In this document: positions 39,104 through 47,835 of the stretch, one piece after another | How the letters are laid out: each line of letters opens with the position of its first letter | How positions within the stretch are numbered: the stretch's first letter is position 1 | Assembly: GCA_027493405.1 (NCBI GenBank) | Contig: JAOSKV010000001.1 | Location: 1,196,355-1,260,354 of the forward strand | From: Xanthobacteraceae bacterium | GTDB lineage: Bacteria > Pseudomonadota > Alphaproteobacteria > Rhizobiales > Xanthobacteraceae | Direction of reading: 5' to 3' | Length of the DNA: 64,000 nucleotides | The notes under the pieces: generated by a model | Seen by the model: only the letters and a program-made list of their open reading frames with translations | What the model was told of the DNA's origin: nothing | Database searches by the model: none | Translations under genes and position numbers: made by a program

Positions 39104-41236
39104 ATGACCGCGGTGAGCAATGCGACGCCGCTCATCGCGCTCGATGCCGTCGTGATCGACAGCGAGACCACCGGCCTCGATCCCGCGAAGGCGCGTCTCG
39201 TCGAGCTCGCGGCCGTCCGCATCGCGGCCGGCCGGCTCGACCTCGAGCGGCCCTTCCGGCGCCTGGTGCGGCCGGGCGAGCCGATCCCGGCGAGCGCCAG
39301 CGCCATCCATGGCATCGACGACGCGGCGGTCGCCGAGGCGCCGGCCTTCGCCGCGGTCTGGCCGGAGCTCCAGGACTACATCGGCGGCGTCGTGGTGATC
39401 GGCCACACCCTCGGCTTCGACCTCGCGGTGCTGCGCCACGAATGCGCCCGCGCCGGCCTCCCCTGGAGCCGTCCGCGCAGCCTCGACACCCGGCTCCTCG
39501 CCCAGGTCGTCGAGCCGGACCTCGCGGGCTTCACCCTGGAGCAGCTCGCCGCCTGGCTCGGCATCGCGGTGGAGGGCCGCCATTCCGCCCAGGGCGACGC
39601 CGTCACCACGGCCCGGATCTTCCTCGCCATGCTGCCGAAGCTGCGGGAGGGCCAGATCCGCACGCTGGCCGAGGCCGAGCAGGCCTGCCGCGCGCTCACC
39701 GACGTGCTCGACGAGCAGCATCGCGCCGGCTGGGTCGAGCCGGTCGCCGCGCCGGCACGCGCCGACGCCGAACGGCTCTTTCGGCGCATCGACAGCTATC
39801 CCTATCGCCACCGGATCCGCGACCTGATGAGCGCGCCGCCGAAATTCATCGACGCCGGCGCGACCCTCGCGACTGCGCTCGCGACCCTGATGCGCGAGCG
39901 CTGCTCCTCGCTCTACGTGCGGACGTCCGGCGGCGATGCGGTCTCGCGGCCGGACGACACCGGCATCGTCACCGAGCGCGACATCCTGCGCGCCGTCGCC
40001 GAGCACGGTGCGGCCGCGCTCGGCCTGCCGGCGTCGCGCTTCATGAGCCGGCCGCTCGCGACCGTGCCGGCCGACGCCTACGTCTATCGTGCGATCGGGC
40101 GCATGAGCCGCATGCGGATCCGCCATCTCGGCGTCACCGACGAGGCCGGGCACGTGATCGGGGCGCTCTCGCAGCGCGACCTCCTGCGCCTGCGCGCCCA
40201 GGAGGCGGTCTCGCTCGGCGACGAGATCGACCAGGCGCCCGACGTGCCCGAGCTCGGCCGCGCCTGGGCGAAGCTGCCGCAGGTCGCGGCGGGGCTGATC
40301 TCCGAAGACGTCGCGGGCCGCGACATCGCGGGCGTGATCTCGCGCGAGCTCGGCGCGCTCACGCGCCGTGCCGCGATCCTGGCCGAGCGGCGCATGCGCG
40401 ACGCCGGCCGCGGCACGCCCCCGTGCGGCTATGCGCTCGCGGTTCTCGGCTCCGCCGGCCGCGGCGAGAGCCTGCTCGCCCTCGACCAGGACAATGCCCT
40501 GGTCTTCGCCGAGGGCGCGCCCGACGGGCCCGAGGATCGCTGGTTCGCCGCGCTCGCCGAGCATATCGCGGACATCCTGCACGAGGTGGGCGTGCCCTAT
40601 TGCAGGGGCGGCGTGATGGCCAAGAATCCTCAATGGCGCGGATCGCTCGCGACCTGGCGCGAGCGCATCGCGGGCTGGATCCGCCGCACCCGCCCGGAGG
40701 ACCTGCTGTCCGTCGACATCTTCTTCGACCTGCGCGGCGTGCACGGCGACGCCGGGCTCGCCGCGAGCCTGTGGCACGAGGGCTATGCGGCCGCGCGCGG
40801 GCAGGCCGCCTTCGCCAAGCTGCTCGCCGACTCGGCGGGGGCGTTGCGACCGGGACTGGGCCTGTTCGGCAACTTCAAGACCGAGCAGGGCCGCATCGAC
40901 CTGAAGATGACCGGCCTGTTCGGCGTGGTCACGGCGGCGCGCGTGCTGGCGGTCTGCCATCACGTGCTCGAGCGCAGCACCCCGGCGCGGCTCGCCGGGA
41001 TCCGGGCGCTCGGCCTCGGCGCGGCCAGCGATCTCGAGGCGCTGGACCAGGCGCAGGCGACCTTCCTCGACCTCATGGTCGGGCAGCAGATCGCCGATAT
41101 CGATTCGGGCCGTCCCGCGACCAACACGGTCGCGGTCAAGCGGCTGCCGGGCCGCGAGCGCGACCGCCTGCGCGCCGCGCTCGAGGCCGTCAGGCATCTG
41201 GACGCCCTGACACGGGACCTCCTGTTCAAGGGCTGA
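39104..41236 (+). CDS. DEDDh 3'-5' exonuclease domain / CBS pair / DUF294 putative nucleotidyltransferase fusion protein
   Basis: N-terminus VVIDSETTGLDP...AIHGIDD...GHTLGFDLAVL...HSAQGDAVTTARIF (DnaQ-like exonuclease). Middle: CBS pair. C-terminus LAVLGSAGRGESLLALDQDNALVF (nucleotidyltransferase G-x-G-R-x-E, DxD) plus a DUF294 C-terminal helical domain. There is an alternative TTG at 39077. Confidence 0.85.
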   Translation: MTAVSNATPLIALDAVVIDSETTGLDPAKARLVELAAVRIAAGRLDLERPFRRLVRPGEPIPASASAIHGIDDAAVAEAPAFAAVWPELQDYIGGVVVIGHTLGFDLAVLRHECARAGLPWSRPRSLDTRLLAQVVEPDLAGFTLEQLAAWLGIAVEGRHSAQGDAVTTARIFLAMLPKLREGQIRTLAEAEQACRALTDVLDEQHRAGWVEPVAAPARADAERLFRRIDSYPYRHRIRDLMSAPPKFIDAGATLATALATLMRERCSSLYVRTSGGDAVSRPDDTGIVTERDILRAVAEHGAAALGLPASRFMSRPLATVPADAYVYRAIGRMSRMRIRHLGVTDEAGHVIGALSQRDLLRLRAQEAVSLGDEIDQAPDVPELGRAWAKLPQVAAGLISEDVAGRDIAGVISRELGALTRRAAILAERRMRDAGRGTPPCGYALAVLGSAGRGESLLALDQDNALVFAEGAPDGPEDRWFAALAEHIADILHEVGVPYCRGGVMAKNPQWRGSLATWRERIAGWIRRTRPEDLLSVDIFFDLRGVHGDAGLAASLWHEGYAAARGQAAFAKLLADSAGALRPGLGLFGNFKTEQGRIDLKMTGLFGVVTAARVLAVCHHVLERSTPARLAGIRALGLGAASDLEALDQAQATFLDLMVGQQIADIDSGRPATNTVAVKRLPGRERDRLRAALEAVRHLDALTRDLLFKG

Positions 41237-41432
41237 CGGCCCCGTACCCCACATGAGCGAAGCGAGTTGCGGGCAAGCGGTCCCGGGCATGCCTGGCTCG
41301 CCCGGGGCCACGGAAGCCGTTCCGCCTCCGGCGTCTGTTCACCGCCCCTGATCGTTCCGATCTGATCTTTTGATGCCAGCGGGCCGGCAGGTTCGCTATA
41401 TGCCTGTCGGGGCCCGAGCCGCAGGAGCATGC

Positions 41433-42632
41433 ATGTCGGAACCGGCCGTGACGCGTGAGACGCCCGATCTCGCCGCGCACCTGCGGCGCGAGGCGCGCGA
41501 AGCGCCCGAGAGCGGCATCGTCGAGGTTTTCAACTACGGCCGCACGCGCCCCGGGCTGATCCCGCTCTGGGCCGGCGAGGGCGATCTGGCGACCCCGTCC
41601 TTCATCGCCGAGGCGGCGACGCGGGCGCTCGCCGCGGGCGAGACCTTCTACACCTATCAGCGCGGGATCCCCCCGCTCCGGGAGGCGCTCGCCGCCTATC
41701 ACGGGCGGCTTTACGGCCGGCCCTTCTCGCCCGAGGAGTTCTTCGTCACGGGCTCCGGGATGCAGGCGATCCAGATCGTGCTCGCCATGACGGCCGGTGC
41801 CGGCGACGAGGTCGTGATCCCGACGCCGACCTGGCCGAACGCGTCGGCCGCGGCCGGCATCCTCGGCGCCAGGCCCGTCGAGGTGCCGATGGGCTTCGGC
41901 ACCAACGGCTGGTCGCTCGACCTCGATCGGCTCGCGGCGGCGGTGACGCCGCGCACCCGGGCCCTGTTCGTCGTCTCGCCCTCGAATCCGACCGGGTGGA
42001 CCGCGACCCGCGAGGACCTTCGCGCCCTCCTGGCCCTGGCGCGCCGCCACGGCCTCTGGATCATCGCCGACGAGACCTATGCGCGCTACTGGTACGGCGA
42101 GGGGCCGCGCGCCCCGTCCTTCTACGACGTCATGGATCCCGAGGATCGCATCCTGTTCGTGAACACCTTCTCGAAGAACTGGGCCATGACGGGCTGGCGC
42201 GTCGGATGGATCGCGGCGCATCCCTCCCTCGGCCAGGTGGTCGAGAACCTGATCCAGTATTCGACCTCGGGAGTCGCCCAGTTCATGCAGCGTGCCGCCG
42301 TCGTCGCCCTCGAGCGCGGCGAGAGCTTCGTCGATCATCTCGTGGCGCGCGCGCGCCGCGGCCGCGAGGTGGTGTGCGAGGCGCTCGCCGCCACCGGGCG
42401 CTGCCGGTTCGCTCCGCCGGACGGCGCCTTCTATCTGTTCTTCGAGGTCGCGGGCGAGGCCGACACGCGGCGGCTGGCGCTGCGCCTGGTGGACGAGGCG
42501 AATGTCGGCGTCGCGCCCGGAACCGCCTTCGGCGCCGGCGGCGAGCCCTTCCTGCGGGTCTGCTTCGCCCGCAATGCCGAGCAGCTCGCCACCGCCGCCG
42601 GCCGGCTCGCGGCCGCCCTGGGGCGGGGTTGA
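41433..42632 (+). CDS. pyridoxal-phosphate-dependent aminotransferase, class I/II
   Basis: ...SPSNPTGW...IADETYAR...NTFSKNWAMTGWRVGW (PLP lysine)...FLRVCFA. GCAGGAG RBS. Confidence 0.88.
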   Translation: MSEPAVTRETPDLAAHLRREAREAPESGIVEVFNYGRTRPGLIPLWAGEGDLATPSFIAEAATRALAAGETFYTYQRGIPPLREALAAYHGRLYGRPFSPEEFFVTGSGMQAIQIVLAMTAGAGDEVVIPTPTWPNASAAAGILGARPVEVPMGFGTNGWSLDLDRLAAAVTPRTRALFVVSPSNPTGWTATREDLRALLALARRHGLWIIADETYARYWYGEGPRAPSFYDVMDPEDRILFVNTFSKNWAMTGWRVGWIAAHPSLGQVVENLIQYSTSGVAQFMQRAAVVALERGESFVDHLVARARRGREVVCEALAATGRCRFAPPDGAFYLFFEVAGEADTRRLALRLVDEANVGVAPGTAFGAGGEPFLRVCFARNAEQLATAAGRLAAALGRG

Positions 42633-42740
42633 TCCGGTTTCAGGTTACCGCCCCGGGTCACATCAGGGATTGCATTCGGCGTCCATGCGAAGCACCTTGC
42701 GCGGATTCCGTGTAGAAGGCGAATCGTCATAACCCCCGAT

Positions 42741-43913
42741 ATGCCGGACGGAAATGTCTCGGAAGCCCGCTTGTCGAGCGTGCTCGACACGGCGGTCGAC
42801 GGCATTATCGTGATCGACGAGCAGGCGCGCATCCTGGTGTTCAACAAGGCATGCGAGCGCCTCTTCGGCTATGCCGCGCCGGAGGTCATCGGCCAGAGCA
42901 TGAACATGCTCCTCCCCGGGGAGTTTGCCCGCGCCCATGACGGCCAGCTCGCCGACTACATCACCACCGGCGTCAAGCGCATCATCGGGATCACGCGCGA
43001 GGCCAAGGCCCGCCACCGCGACGGCGCCGTGTTTCCGATCGAGGTCTCGGTCGGGGAGGCCGTGACGCCGGCCGGCCGGCAGTTCATCGGCATCCTGCGC
43101 GACCTGCGTCCGCGCCGGGCCATGGAGCAGCGCCTCTCCCAGCTGCAGAGCGATCTCGTGCAGCTCGCCCGCGTTTCCGCCCTGGACGAGATGGGGGCCG
43201 CGGTCGCCCACGAGCTCAACCAGCCGCTGACGGCGCTGATGCTCTATCTCCAGGCGGTCGCGCGCGTGAGCGAGAAGCTGTCCGGCGGCGTGCAGCCGCA
43301 GGTCTCCGCGATTCTCGAAAAGGCCGTGCACGAGGCCGAGCGGGCCGGCAACATCGTCCAGCGCATGCGCCAGTTCGTCGAGCGGCGCGACCCGGTGCGC
43401 CAGCTCGTCGACATTCGCCCGCTGCTCGACGACGCGATCGAGCTCACTCAGATCGGGATCTGGCCGCGGCCGCACATCCATCGCGACTATGCGGAGGAAT
43501 TGCCGCCCGTGCTGGTCGATCCGGTGCAGATCCAGCAGATCGTCGTGAACCTCCTGCGCAATGCCCTGCAGGCCGTGCGCGATCGCCAGGAGCCCGAGGT
43601 GCGGGTCGCGGCGCGCGCGCTGCCCGGCGAGGTCGAGATCGCCGTGAGCGACAATGGAAGCGGGATCCCGACCGATCGCCTGCCCACCCTGTTCAAGGCC
43701 TTCGCGTCGACCAAGGGCATCGGCCTCGGTCTCGCCATCTCGCGCACGATCGCGCAAACTCACGGGGGCGACCTCACCGTCGATCCGGGGGGCGACGGCT
43801 CTGGTGCCCGCCTGACACTGCATCTGCCGCTGCCGACCCCCGAGAAGGCGGCGGCGCCCCGGGCTTCGCCCGATCCGGGCGTGGCATGGAGCTACGACGA
43901 GGCAAGTCCCTAG
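42741..43913 (+). CDS. fixL: oxygen sensor histidine kinase FixL (soluble, single heme-PAS)
   Basis: Heme-PAS signature ARAHDGQLADYITTGVKRIIGITREAKARHRDGAVFPIEVSVGEA...FIGILRDL. H-box MGAAVAHELNQPLTAL. HATPase domain. Confidence 0.9.
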   Translation: MPDGNVSEARLSSVLDTAVDGIIVIDEQARILVFNKACERLFGYAAPEVIGQSMNMLLPGEFARAHDGQLADYITTGVKRIIGITREAKARHRDGAVFPIEVSVGEAVTPAGRQFIGILRDLRPRRAMEQRLSQLQSDLVQLARVSALDEMGAAVAHELNQPLTALMLYLQAVARVSEKLSGGVQPQVSAILEKAVHEAERAGNIVQRMRQFVERRDPVRQLVDIRPLLDDAIELTQIGIWPRPHIHRDYAEELPPVLVDPVQIQQIVVNLLRNALQAVRDRQEPEVRVAARALPGEVEIAVSDNGSGIPTDRLPTLFKAFASTKGIGLGLAISRTIAQTHGGDLTVDPGGDGSGARLTLHLPLPTPEKAAAPRASPDPGVAWSYDEASP

Positions 43914-43958
43914 CGCATTTTCCGCCGAAGTGGATACCGGTTCGGCGCAGAAAATGCG
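43914..43958 (+). other. long imperfect hairpin directly after the fixL stop codon
   Basis: CGCATTTTCCGCCGAA-gtggataccgg-TTCGGCGCAGAAAATGCG. A third related arm (CCGAAGCGGAATGCGC) lies at 43984-43999. Confidence 0.6.
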
Positions 43959-44047
43959 AACAAGCAACAAACTGGAGTGCAATTCGATTCAACCGAAGCG
44001 GAATGCGCTCTGGCGGCTCGGGCGAACGGCATCGCGAGGCGAGACGA

Positions 44048-44680
44048 ATGACTGATGTGACGACCAACGAAGTCTTCATCGTGGACGACGACCCCGCCGT
44101 GCGGGATGCCCTGGCCGTGGTCCTGTCCCTGGAGGGATATCAGGTCACCGGCTTCGCCGAGGGCGCGTCCTTTCTCGCCAACGCCAAGGCGCGCACGCCC
44201 GCCTGCATCATCCTCGACGTCCACATGCCGGGACGCTCGGGCCTGGACATTCTCAAGGAGCTCAATGCCCAGCACTATCCGGCCCCCATCTTCATCATCT
44301 CGGGCCAGGGCGACATCCCCATGGCCGTGGAGGCGATCAAGCACGGCGCGCTCGATTTCATCGAGAAGCCCTTCGACGCCGATACGGTCGTGACCCGCGT
44401 GCGCGAGGCCGTCGAGGCCTGGGCGCGCCGCGCCTCGGACGGCAAGACCTCGGACCTCCTCTCCAAGCAGTTCCCCGGCCACGACCAGCTCACGCCGCGC
44501 GAGCGCGAGGTGCTCGGCCAGATCGCCTCCGGCGCCTCGAACAAGGAGGCCGGGCGGCATCTCGGCATCAGTCCCCGCACCATCGAGGTGCACCGCGCGC
44601 GCATCATGGAGAAGCTCGGCGCCAAGAACGCGGCCGACCTGGTGCGCATCGTGCTGAGCGAGGGCGGCCGCGCGCAGTGA
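44048..44680 (+). CDS. fixJ: response regulator transcription factor FixJ
   Basis: VFIVDDDPAVRDAL...CIILDVHMPGRSGL...FIEKPF plus LuxR HTH LTPREREVLGQIASGASNKEAGRHLGISPRTIEVHRARIMEKLG. Confidence 0.9.
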   Translation: MTDVTTNEVFIVDDDPAVRDALAVVLSLEGYQVTGFAEGASFLANAKARTPACIILDVHMPGRSGLDILKELNAQHYPAPIFIISGQGDIPMAVEAIKHGALDFIEKPFDADTVVTRVREAVEAWARRASDGKTSDLLSKQFPGHDQLTPREREVLGQIASGASNKEAGRHLGISPRTIEVHRARIMEKLGAKNAADLVRIVLSEGGRAQ

Positions 44681-44867
44681 CGACGGCCTGTGTCCTCCCG
44701 TGCGGTGCGCCCCGGCGCCGCGACGCTGGGTTGCGCCGGCGTGCGCCGCGGCGCGGGATTCTACGTATCTGGCGGCGCCGACGAAGCAGTACTACGCATT
44801 GCGGACCGGGTCCCGTAAGCCAAAATCCCGTCTCGAGAATTCCGCGTAGCGTGAAGGAATTTCCGTC

Positions 44868-45221
44868 GTGACGATCCATGTCCTCGAGGACGATGCGGCA
44901 GTGAACGACTCGCTCGTCGTGTGGCTGAAGAACATGGGCCACGACGCGGTCGCCTACCGGTCCCCGGAGCAGTTCTTCCAACGGGGCCCGCCGCCGGGCA
45001 CCGACACCGTCATCGTCGATCTCCTGCTGCCGCGGATCTCGGGCGTGGCCGTCGTCAAGTGGCTGCAGCGCCTGGCGCCGCCACCGCGCATCATCGCGAT
45101 CACGGGGCAGCCCCAGTCGGCGCTGGAGGCGACCCTGCGCGACGTGGCGATACCGAAGCTGTTGCGCAAGCCGCTCACCGGCGAGGCGATCTCGGCGTGC
45201 CTTGCGGAGGAGGTGCGCTGA
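44868..45221 (+). CDS. single-domain response regulator (receiver only)
   Basis: GTG start with GAAGGA upstream. HVLEDDAAV...VIVDLLLPRISG...IAITG...LRKPL gives the receiver acidic pocket plus the conserved T and K. No output domain. Confidence 0.8.
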   Translation: MTIHVLEDDAAVNDSLVVWLKNMGHDAVAYRSPEQFFQRGPPPGTDTVIVDLLLPRISGVAVVKWLQRLAPPPRIIAITGQPQSALEATLRDVAIPKLLRKPLTGEAISACLAEEVR

Positions 45222-45258
45222 CGCATCCTGCGTCGCGACGGGACGGCGGAAAATCCTC

Positions 45259-46605
45259 TCAGACGGCGCGCGAGTGGCGCGCCTGGCCGTTCTTGAGATA
45301 GGTGTCGAAGGCGGCGGCCGCGAGCCGTACATAGGGCTTGCCGGCCTCCGTCATGGCGATGCGATGGCCCTCGATTGCGACGAACCCCTCCTCCCGCAGC
45401 GGTGCGAGCGCGGCGAGCTCCTCGGCGAAGGCGTCACCGTTGCGACCGCGCCTGCCCGTGACGGCGTCGAGGTCGACCGCGAAATCGCACATCAGCCGCT
45501 CGATGATGCGCGCCCGCAGGGTGTCGTCGGACGAGAAGGCCAGCCCCTTCACGGTGGCGAAGCGGCCCTCCGCGATCGCCCGCGCATAGCCGCCGACGTC
45601 GGCGGCGTTCTGCACGAAGCCCTGCCGCAGCCGTCCGATCGCGGAGGCGCCGAGGCCGATCAGGGCGTCCGCCGCATCGGTCGTGTAGCCCTGGAAGTTG
45701 CGGTGCAGGCGCCCGTCCTGGGCCGCCCGGGTGAGTGCGTCCTCCGGGCGGGCGAAGTGGTCGAGGCCGATCGGCCGGTAGCCGAGCTCCGCGAACAGCT
45801 CGCGCGCCGCCTCCGCCTGGTCGAGCCGCGCGCCGGCGTCCGGCAGGTCGCTCTCCGCGATCAGCCGCTGGTTCGCCTTGAACCACGGCACGTGGGCGTA
45901 GCCGAACAGGGCGAAGCGCTGCGGCCGCAGCGCATCGGCGAGCGCGATCGTGCGCCGCAGGTCGGCGAGGCTCTGCTTCGGCAGCCCGTACATCAGGTCG
46001 ATGTTGATCTCCGCGATGCCGGCCTCGCGCAGCAGGCCCACGGCTTCCGCGACCACTCCGAACGGCTGGATCCGTCCGATCGCCCGCTGCACGTGCGGCG
46101 AGAAGTCCTGCACCCCGAGGCTCGCGCGGGTGACCCCCATGGCGGCCAGCGCCGCGACCAGCGGCCGGTCGATGCGCCGCGGATCGAGCTCGATCGCGTG
46201 CTCCATGTCGTCGGCGAAGCGGAAGGCGCCGCGCAGGCGCTGCGTCAGGTCGACGAGCCGGTCCGGCCCGAGCGTGGACGGCGTGCCGCCGCCCCAATGC
46301 AGATGGATCGCCCTGCGGCCGCCGGCCCGGCGCGCCACCAGCGCGATCTCGGCCGCGAGCACATCCGCATAGGCCGCCACCGGCTCCGGCCGCCGCACCG
46401 CCTTGGTGTGGCAGCCGCAATAGTGGCAGAGCTCGATGCAGAACGGCACGTGCAGATAGAGCGAAAGCGTCGCCTCGCCCGGGAGCGCGGCGAGCCAGTC
46501 CGCATAGGTGTCCGCCGTGACCGCCCCGGTGAAGTGCGGGGCCGTCGGATAGGACGTGTAGCGCGGGACCGTCTGCTCCGCGAAACTGCATGACCTCGAT
46601 GACAT
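45259..46605 (-). CDS. hemN: oxygen-independent coproporphyrinogen III oxidase (radical SAM)
   Basis: VPRYTSYPTAPHF; radical-SAM CxxxCxxC in LYLHVPFCIELCHYCGCH; HLHWGGGTPS. The ORF track start at 46971 is upstream of the conserved N-terminus. Confidence 0.9.
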   Translation of the reverse strand: MSSRSCSFAEQTVPRYTSYPTAPHFTGAVTADTYADWLAALPGEATLSLYLHVPFCIELCHYCGCHTKAVRRPEPVAAYADVLAAEIALVARRAGGRRAIHLHWGGGTPSTLGPDRLVDLTQRLRGAFRFADDMEHAIELDPRRIDRPLVAALAAMGVTRASLGVQDFSPHVQRAIGRIQPFGVVAEAVGLLREAGIAEINIDLMYGLPKQSLADLRRTIALADALRPQRFALFGYAHVPWFKANQRLIAESDLPDAGARLDQAEAARELFAELGYRPIGLDHFARPEDALTRAAQDGRLHRNFQGYTTDAADALIGLGASAIGRLRQGFVQNAADVGGYARAIAEGRFATVKGLAFSSDDTLRARIIERLMCDFAVDLDAVTGRRGRNGDAFAEELAALAPLREEGFVAIEGHRIAMTEAGKPYVRLAAAAFDTYLKNGQARHSRAV

Positions 46606-46638
46606 GGGTGTATTTGACGGGGCCGGCGCCGCGCTGCA

Positions 46639-46652
46639 TTGATCGTGATCAA
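46639..46652. promoter_or_regulatory. consensus FixK/FNR box TTGATCGTGATCAA upstream of hemN
   Basis: Perfect TTGAT-N4-ATCAA palindrome. Its centre is about 40.5 nt from the hemN ATG. Confidence 0.75.
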
Positions 46653-46657
46653 GTCCG

Positions 46658-47734
46658 ATGACCCCTCCGCCGCCCCGCCAGCGCCTGTCCCGACTCCTGG
46701 AGACGCTGCTCCTCGCCGGTTCCGGCGGAGCCGCCTTCGGGCTCGCCGGCATGCCGGCCGGCTGGCTCTCGGGCGCCGTGCTCGCGGTCTCGGTCGCGGC
46801 GCTGGCGGGCCGGCCCGTATACGTTCCGGTGCCGCTCGCGCGCGTCGTCTTCGTGGTCCTCGGCATCTCGCTCGGCTCCGCGGTGACGCCGGGGCGGCTC
46901 GCCACGGTCGCGGCCTGGCCCGTGAGCCTCGCCGCGCTCCTCCTCGCCATGACGGCCGTCACGGTCGCCACCGCGGGCTATCTGCGGCGCGTCCACGGCT
47001 GGGACCCGCTCTCGGCCCTGCTCGCCTCCCTGCCGGGCGCGCTCTCCCAGGCGCTGGCGCTCGCCGCCGACACCGGCGCCGATGTTCGCGCCATCGCGAC
47101 CGTGCATTCGGTGCGGCTCCTGGTGCTGGCGGTGGTGCTGCCGGCGCTCCTCGCGGCGATCGGGGTGGTCGGCGCGCCGCCGCCGCCGCGGCCTGCGCCG
47201 GCGCTGATCGCGGCGATCGACGATCTTGCGCTGCTCGTCGGCGTCGCCACGCTCGCCGCGCTGGTCGCCTACCGGTTCCGCCTGCCGGGCGGCCTGATCA
47301 TCGGCGCCATGGTCGCCTCCGGCGCGCTCCACGGTTTCGGCCTGGTGGCCGACGTGTTGCCGCCCGAGATCGCCACCATCGGCTTCGTCCTGCTCGGCGC
47401 GCTGATCGGAACCCGGCTCGGCGGCACCGACATGGCGACCCTCGGGCGGCTCGCCGCCGCCGGGCTCGGCGCGCTCGGCGTCGGCGCGACGGTCGCCTGC
47501 GGATCGGCCGTGCTGGTCGCGCTCGCCCTCGACCTGCCGCTCGGCGACGTCATTGTCGCCTATGCGCCGGGCGGCCTCGAGACCATGGCGATCCTCGCCT
47601 TCGCGCTCCATCTCGATCCCGCCTTCGTCGGCGTGCACCACCTCGCGCGATTCATTTTCGTGTCGCTGATCATGCCGCTCGCCGCCGCACGCCTGCGCGC
47701 TTCCGACCATTCCCCGAAGGGGCCGGTCGCCTAG
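46658..47734 (+). CDS. AbrB family membrane protein (AbrB-duplication / putative AmoA-like)
   Basis: 358 aa, polytopic. Internally duplicated pattern ...[31 protein letters not shown]... / ...[30 protein letters not shown]. Confidence 0.8.
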   Translation: MTPPPPRQRLSRLLETLLLAGSGGAAFGLAGMPAGWLSGAVLAVSVAALAGRPVYVPVPLARVVFVVLGISLGSAVTPGRLATVAAWPVSLAALLLAMTAVTVATAGYLRRVHGWDPLSALLASLPGALSQALALAADTGADVRAIATVHSVRLLVLAVVLPALLAAIGVVGAPPPPRPAPALIAAIDDLALLVGVATLAALVAYRFRLPGGLIIGAMVASGALHGFGLVADVLPPEIATIGFVLLGALIGTRLGGTDMATLGRLAAAGLGALGVGATVACGSAVLVALALDLPLGDVIVAYAPGGLETMAILAFALHLDPAFVGVHHLARFIFVSLIMPLAAARLRASDHSPKGPVA

Positions 47735-47754
47735 CGGCTCATTTCGTCCCGGAC

Positions 47755-47768
47755 TTGACATTTCTCAA
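47755..47768. promoter_or_regulatory. FixK/FNR-type box TTGACATTTCTCAA upstream of ccoN
   Basis: Matches TTGA-N6-TCAA. Centre is 74 nt upstream of the ccoN ATG. Confidence 0.6.
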
Positions 47769-47835
47769 TGCTGCACTGCCGTGCCGCAGGGAGGGTATCG
47801 CTCTGAAATGACGCGCGCCCGCGAAAGGCGAATCT

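Noticed and set aside
34809-39107. 1432-aa ORF on the plus strand, antisense to the hybrid kinase gene
   Set aside because: Its composition (Arg/Asp/His/Glu/Ala-rich, no motifs) is the usual mirror-frame artefact of a high-GC gene. The minus-strand ORF has clear SSF, PAS, HisKA, HATPase and receiver motifs.
44790-44867. Direct repeat GAATTCCG / GAATTTCCG upstream of the receiver-only gene, considered as a possible FixJ site
   Set aside because: The second copy coincides with the Shine-Dalgarno (GAAGGA). I cannot recall a reliable FixJ-box consensus to compare it with.
45202-46971. Alternative-frame and antisense ORFs over hemN, and the 122-codon N-terminal extension of the hemN ORF
   Set aside because: The HemN N-terminus (..VPRYTSYPTAPHF) begins 13 residues after the ATG at 46605. 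The extension would run through the FixK box and into the divergent gene.
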